From contig JAUCBJ010000110.1 of NCBI GenBank assembly GCA_032718475.1, forward strand, positions 1 through 38,817: DNA of 38,817 bases, in the 5' to 3' direction. The DNA comes from Nemertoderma westbladi (Eukaryota > Animalia > Xenacoelomorpha). Positions 32,912 through 38,817 of the stretch are shown in pieces; the stretch's first letter is position 1; the number at the start of each line of letters is the position of its first letter. The translations under genes were made by a program, and so were the position numbers. Below the pieces are notes generated by a model that saw nothing but the letters and a program-made list of their open reading frames with translations, was not told where the DNA came from and did not search any database.

Positions 32912-35182
32912 CAATAGGCGAACCGCACCCAACACCAAAAGAGCCTGTATCCCTACCATCGAGCGCGCTAGAAGTACAAGCGATGGGAATGGCAACACTC
33001 ATCGACGCGCTAAAAACTAGAATTGAGCTGCCACCTGTGGAGCCCTTCAAGTTCGATGGTAGTAAGCCGGCGCATGTACAGCAATGAAATCGAATCTTAA
33101 CAAAAAATCTCACGCAGGCAGAGTGCCTTAAATATCTACAGGGGGGCCAGCTTACGACATTGTGAGGCAATACCAATGTATTGAAGGAGGATTCACGACT
33201 GCATGGCGAGCCCTGGACAGGGAATTCGGCCATCCTGCAAAGATTATCCGACAAACCTAAATGGGAATAACATCAGGCGGACTTGCAGATAACCCTGGTA
33301 GCATCAAGACTTTTGCTAACAAAGTAGAAAGGGCGATAATAGTATTAAAGACCCTAGATGCACCTTACAAACTCAATGCATCAAACAATATCACCACGAT
33401 AGCGCAGGCACTACCGATCTGGCTGAGAAACAAATGGAGAAAGATCGCTTTCTCCACACGAGAAAAGAAAGGTGCAGAGCCAGGGTTGGAGGATATGTCG
33501 AACTTCCTTAACTACGAGGCGGAGTTAATAACGGATCCAGTCTATAGTGAGGACAGTCTCGGTAAGGTACCGAAAGCGGAATGCAGCTGACCTAAACCGG
33601 AACATAGTCCGGCGGATGCATTTCCGAAAGTGAGACAGTCGCTACCGCATGCGGCCACACAGGGGACTTCTAGTCCACAAGGAGCTGGGAGTAGAGCCAC
33701 ACCGTGGCAGGGACAAGAAGCAAATCAACAACGCAAACAAATACAAACCCAATACCCCCAGTAGGCCGAGTCCAAGTAACCAAAACACTAAACTGCTAGA
33801 TATGAATCTAAGCGCAATATGTGAAGCGCTATACAAGGAACGCTACAACCCCCAATACAAATGCCAATTGCATAGGTTTGGTACACACAAGACCATAGAC
33901 TGCAAGCATTGGCAGGCGTTACTTAAACAAGATCGGGTAGCCTACACTGGTAAGAATGGACTATGTCATTGATGCGCGGTAGGAGGATACAGGTATGCCG
34001 AGTGCCACGAACCGCCGGTAAAATATGACGAGACTGATGAGACTGGAGGCCAGACAATGGCGACAAGCACCATGGGAGCAAAGAAGAGGGAACGGTACTT
34101 TTTGGAGTGGTGCCAGTGAGAATAATAGGAGAGGATGAGCTATTGGTTACGACGCTAATGCTGGTCGATAGCAGAGCAGCGTTCACGCTAGCTGAAAGTT
34201 AGGTGGCCGAAAGGATAGGGTTACGGAAGAGGCCAAGTAAAATGGCGGTAACCACTATTTCCAGTAAGGACGACGTCATGAGAATGAGAACGGGACTCTA
34301 CGAGATAGCAGCGATAACACCAGGGTGCGATTATGGGGCTACCATCGAACCCATTCAGATAATAGAATCAATCAATATTAACGCCAGGCGACCCACAAAG
34401 ATCGAGGTCGAGCAATACCAGTACCTGGATAACATCGATTTCTCCGTGACCGAGCTAGATGTCCCGAAAGTATCTCTCATAGTCGGCATGGATTGTCCGA
34501 CAGCCCACGAGAGACTACAGACTGTTTTCGGCGAGGATAGGGAGCGAGACCCAGCGGCGATTCTCACGCCATTCGGATGGACGCTCAGTGGCCCAATTAA
34601 GACCAGAATCCCGTTTAGCGTGTCCGAATCCTCAGGGTGCATGTTTGCGGGGACAATGAGGGAAATGGAGGACGAAGGAGAAGAGGAGCTACTCAAAAGG
34701 CTGCTATGGCAGGACTTTGAGGGGTTGAAGGAGACCGGGGTCAGAACCTCGGTGGAGGATAAACAGGCGCAAGAGAGAATGGGGAGCTCAATGAAATGTG
34801 AAGGGGGGCGATATACCATAGGGATGGTATGGAAGCAACCGAAGGTGCCACTGCCAGACAATAATATGATGGTCTTGACGAGGCTTCAAAAATTAAAAAA
34901 GCTCCAAAAAGGATGAATACATCCACAAGACAATTAAGAAGTACGTGGACAGAGGATGGGCTATGGAACTACCAGTCGATGAACCAAATACGGATAGTAC
35001 CTACTATTTGCCACTCCAAGTGGCTCTGGACCCTAAGAAGGGCAAGTTAAGAATGGTGGTCGACACGTCTGCCAAGACTAACGACAAGAGCCTGAATGAC
35101 TACCTGCTGGAAGGCCCCAATATCTACAACTCGGGGATAGAGGTCCTGTTAAGATTTAGAAAAGGAAAGCATGCCTACACAG
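32912..35182 (+). pseudogene. BEL element 2 Gag core, protease and RT N-terminus (many stops and frameshifts)
   Basis: LPPVEPFKFDG; LPIWLRNKW..MSNFLNYEA; C..H..H..C..GLCH*C; MLVDSRA; LIVGMD; AILTPFGWTLSGP; YYLP..KLRMVVDTSAK..SLNDYLLEGPN..LLRFR. Confidence 0.9.
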
Positions 35183-35250
35183 TACCATAAACTTGTGGGC
35201 ACTGAGGGCGCCACGTGAGGAATTGAGGGGGGGTATGTACGTATACCATA

Positions 35251-36680
35251 CTACTACTACTAGGATCGGCATGCTGCCTTGCAGCTGCATTTTTAAGAAT
35301 GCTGTGCCGGCTTGTCAACAAAATTGCACCGCCACAACTCCCTATCACCCATGACATTTGCTAGATCATCCGCATCTTTAAGGCCAGTGTCCTTTAAGAT
35401 GCGTCTCAAGAAAGTCATGGGCTGTCCACCATGCTTATTCATTCCATGAGGCTGCCAAAGTACAAGATTATGCACTGGCTGGTCCTCACGGCGAAAGCAA
35501 TGTCCTGCAAAGCGGAGGCGATTTTGTTCTAGTGTCAAGCTTGGGGGAACCAATGAGACACCTCCAATGTTATATAGTGTCTGGTTGGAGATGTGTGCAT
35601 TGTACTTGACACAATGAACCCGGCGTAGCATTCTTGTGAATGTGCCATCCAGAGATTTGGTGTCCTCAGCAGTTAGAGCCCAGCATGGACTCCCGTAGAG
35701 GAGTACTGGAACTACTGCTGCTCTAAGTAATCGGACCTTAAGTTTCCGATTAATTCTCGGTGACTTCCAAATCCTAGAAAGCCTATTCAAGGCTGCCCAT
35801 GCCTTTCCCTTACGTATTCGAAGGTCCTCACCTGACTTCCGGATCCATGATCCCAGGTAACAGAAGTCGTCCACATGTTCAAGCATACCATCCTTTGAGC
35901 TTATGCTCATCCGATCAGAGACTTGCTGAGGACTTTCAAAGTTAACTGTCAGAATTTTGGTTTTTCTGGAGTTAATAAAAAGACCAACACTAGAAGCAGC
36001 ATGTTCTAATGAGCTGAGGAGCCGTTGGGCTCCCTCTAATGATTCTGAGAGTACTCCTAAGTCATCAGCAAACTCTAGATCAGTTAGGTACTTGGCGGGA
36101 TTTCCTCGACTTCTGGAGCCAGTAGGTGGAGTTATCATCACCCCATCATCATTATAATGATCTAAGGACATGCGTAGAACATAGTCAACCACAATAATGA
36201 ACAAGAATGGTGCAAGTGTGTCTCCTTGGAGGACGCCCCATAACACTTCAAATGGTTCTGTGTCACCGTCAACAGTAGACACAAATGTTGTCGAACCATC
36301 GTATACTGATCTGATTGCTGCAATAATTTCATCAGGAATCCCATATAATGAAAGTATGCTGAACATACGTGAGCGAGAGACTGAATCAAAGGCCATGAAG
36401 AAGTCAACAAAGATAACAGCCAGATGCCTGTCTTTCTTTTTTGATAACTCTTCAATTATCCTTCTAAGTGCCAAAATGGGCTCCATGGAGCCACGACCTT
36501 TACGGAACCCATTCTGATTTCCACGGAGCAGTCTCTCAATGGGATCCCTGATGCGATTTAATAGAATCCTATTGTCTAGCTTTGCAGCAATCGAGATCAA
36601 TGAGATTCCCCGATAAGAACCATAGAGTGTTAGGTTGCCCTTCTTGGGAACTGGCACCAACTTATTTGTTTTCATTTCTT
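35251..36680 (-). mobile_element. 5'-truncated RTE-clade non-LTR retrotransposon (1430 bp)
   Basis: 10-bp TSD GTATACCATA (35241-35250, 36681-36690); short 3' UTR ending in a (TAG)n tail on the minus strand. Confidence 0.93.
35293..36675 (-). CDS. RTE-type LINE reverse transcriptase (truncated, endonuclease absent)
   Basis: PVPKKG..YRGISL, QNGFR, FVDF..AFDS, GVLQGDTLAPFLF, FADD, FCYLGS, LLYGSPCW, RLRFAGHCFR. Confidence 0.95.
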   Translation of the reverse strand: MKTNKLVPVPKKGNLTLYGSYRGISLISIAAKLDNRILLNRIRDPIERLLRGNQNGFRKGRGSMEPILALRRIIEELSKKKDRHLAVIFVDFFMAFDSVSRSRMFSILSLYGIPDEIIAAIRSVYDGSTTFVSTVDGDTEPFEVLWGVLQGDTLAPFLFIIVVDYVLRMSLDHYNDDGVMITPPTGSRSRGNPAKYLTDLEFADDLGVLSESLEGAQRLLSSLEHAASSVGLFINSRKTKILTVNFESPQQVSDRMSISSKDGMLEHVDDFCYLGSWIRKSGEDLRIRKGKAWAALNRLSRIWKSPRINRKLKVRLLRAAVVPVLLYGSPCWALTAEDTKSLDGTFTRMLRRVHCVKYNAHISNQTLYNIGGVSLVPPSLTLEQNRLRFAGHCFRREDQPVHNLVLWQPHGMNKHGGQPMTFLRRILKDTGLKDADDLANVMGDRELWRCNFVDKPAQHS

Positions 36681-37565
36681 GTATACCATAGTAGAGGGGT
36701 ACACAGTACCGTAAACTTTAATAGCACACGTAGGGGAGAATATAAATAGTAATAAAATTTAAGAAAAATTGGCACATAGAGGAGAACACTCGTACAAAGC
36801 ATAGTCTGAACAAGATAGGAGGTAGGCCATCACTGATTTAAACTAACTAAGACCATACTTGGTCATCTCTTACCATACTGAGCCTTTCTAAGGCACCACC
36901 AGTCTGGTGAGAGAGGAGAATCGTGATGGCGGAGAAACCATGAAATTGGCGAAACGGGGAGAGACGAGTCATATCACCTCCGAAAGGGGGGGTTAAGACA
37001 TGTTGTGTAGACGAATGTATAATATGTAATATAGGTACTATAGTCAAGTACAACCTTTTTCCAATTAGCTACTGGGACTGGGGACTAATTGACTAGAACA
37101 GGAGGATGAGACATTAGACGGATCCCATTTCTCAGGTGCAGCCGCACTAATGAATGAGAATGTGGGAGCCAGACAGGAGCATACGGAGAGTGAGAGCAAA
37201 GGGGGTTGGGTATGAGGAAGTAAAAGAGGTGCGAGATTCAAGTGTGGGGAGCGAGCATGGAGTGGGATGAGTCCAAAGGGACGGGCATGAGAGGAAGGGA
37301 CAGTAAAGTCCGTGAGGAAAATTGTGTGAGGAGTGAGGGCGATCATCTAAAACAGAGACGCCAGATGCCTTGGTACAGCTTAGCTCGCAGATGTACCAAG
37401 GATTGGTAGTGATAACAGACCCATGGGGGCCGGCCTGGAAAGACAACCCCGAGAAGAAAATTCCACCCCACATCCGATATTAGATTGCATTCCAGCGGAA
37501 TTGAAGCGCACTTAAGGTTGATGCTATCTTCTCACCGGGAAGATAGCATGGGGGGGGGGGGGGAG

Positions 37566-38110
37566 TGTAAGCGGATTCAATTCCGTGCATTACCCACCGA
37601 AAATGGGATTAGTGGCATTTTACCAATATAGTTAGTGAGGTGACATTACCAATAATAATGTCACCTCATAACCAACTGGGGCGATACACGCCGTAAGCCA
37701 CAGAGAGAGTTGAGAGGTCAAACCACCTCAGAGGGACAAACAAGTTAGTAAGACTAGCTTGTAAGCACAGTAGCAACAGGGAATGGCGAGGTCACAATTA
37801 ATCAGGTTAAGCCAATGGTGGGCGGAAAAGCACACTGGGGGTGATTAGAGCGCATATTATATTGGATACTCAGGCCACTCAGTAGCGTAGGGGTAATTTA
37901 ATATGTGTCAATGATATAACCGTTGTGATTATTGATTATTAGTTTAGTTGGTTCCTTAATGTTGTGAGACCGGAATAGTTTTAACCGTCGTCACTAACCG
38001 TTGTATTGCATGCTATTATATTCAGACTGTGCTATTATCGTTTACTGTGATTTTTAACACTGACAACCAAACTCAGTTATTTTGAACGGCCTTCGGCCTA
38101 CTATATAGAC
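37566..38110 (+). repeat. Probable 3' LTR of BEL element 2
   Basis: G14-AG polypurine tract (37550-37565) directly followed by TGTAAG. The end at ..ATAGACA is a guess, since no partner LTR is in the window. Confidence 0.55.
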
Positions 38111-38817
38111 ATCCAGGCAGCAGCTCAGCAGCCCACGGACGCGGCGACGCGTATAATTCACACACCCGGTCGGGATCCGATACTGCCAACTCCGTTGGTT
38201 CCCGTCACAAACATCAAAATTAAACAAAGGTAATTCCTCTGATTACTAAAGCTACAGTAATACACTATGTCACAAAAGATTGTAATAAAATTATTACAAT
38301 ATATAAGGCCTATTTAACCAAGAAAATAACAAACAAAGAAAACCGCCTTTTGATACCAAACCAACTGACCAAATACCATTAAATTTTGTTGAGATAAAGC
38401 GTATATATGGGCGTTGGAATGTTCAAGCTTCTATTATGCGTATGGTAATTATTTAATCGCAAAACATTATTTTTGATTTTACAGATCGCATCTAAGGGGG
38501 GGTGGGTAGCACCCCTCTACTGTATTTTGGAAATTGACAAAAAACTTTTTTAATCCCATCATGAGCAGAATTTAATGGAGATTTCAAATCTGCAAACAGC
38601 TTTCTCATATCTTTTCTCAAACTCAAGTTATTACCCAAAACGTAAGAGCTAGTCTGATTTTTGACAAGCCTTCGAGCAGCACTATATTTTACAATTCAAT
38701 AAGCAATTTTCATAAAAAAGGATCTCATCAATACTCTCGACTCATATGAATAAAATTGCTAAAAAGTTGTTTGACACAGTTATTGTTGAACATAGAAAAA
38801 TGGTATTATCTAAAATA

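Larger units (their letters stand above)
26825..38110 (+). mobile_element. Second, decayed BEL/Pao element (internally deleted; hosts the Gypsy and RTE insertions)
   Basis: Gag/PR/RT remnants at 32912-35182, then a G-rich PPT and TGT at 37550-37568. 5' LTR not found; both outer limits are approximate. Confidence 0.7.

Noticed and set aside
38300-38817. Possible DNA-transposon left ends (TAAGGCC at ~38304, TAAGGGGGGG at ~38493)
   Set aside because: No matching TIR or TSD within the window.

Overview
Eukaryotic, animal-like (probably invertebrate) genomic DNA made almost entirely of nested repeats and transposable elements; no convincing host gene. In order: a 39/56-bp minisatellite (~170-2737) interrupted by a 3' retroposon fragment; small non-autonomous DNA elements (a TIR MITE, two Helentron/DINE-like copies, a Sola1-like element with ATTT TSD); a (CA)n tract; and a CACTA/EnSpm-like left end followed by compact AT-rich intronless ORFs (RING pseudogene, 141-aa orphan). 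A 16.7-kb BEL/Pao LTR retrotransposon (8773-25506, ATATT TSD) is inserted between those two ORFs. It has a long Gag extension, a 1.3-kb insertion between protease and RT, a degenerate extra 3' ORF and no tRNA PBS. Its PBS position is instead perfectly complementary to a 12-mer inside its own LTR, the geometry of Tf1-type self-priming (best novelty candidate). Next is a second, decayed BEL/Pao element (~26825-38110) carrying a near-intact CsRn1/Kabuki-clade Gypsy element (28384-32907, minus strand) and a 5'-truncated RTE LINE (35251-36680, minus strand). All calls are by eye; no database searches were run.
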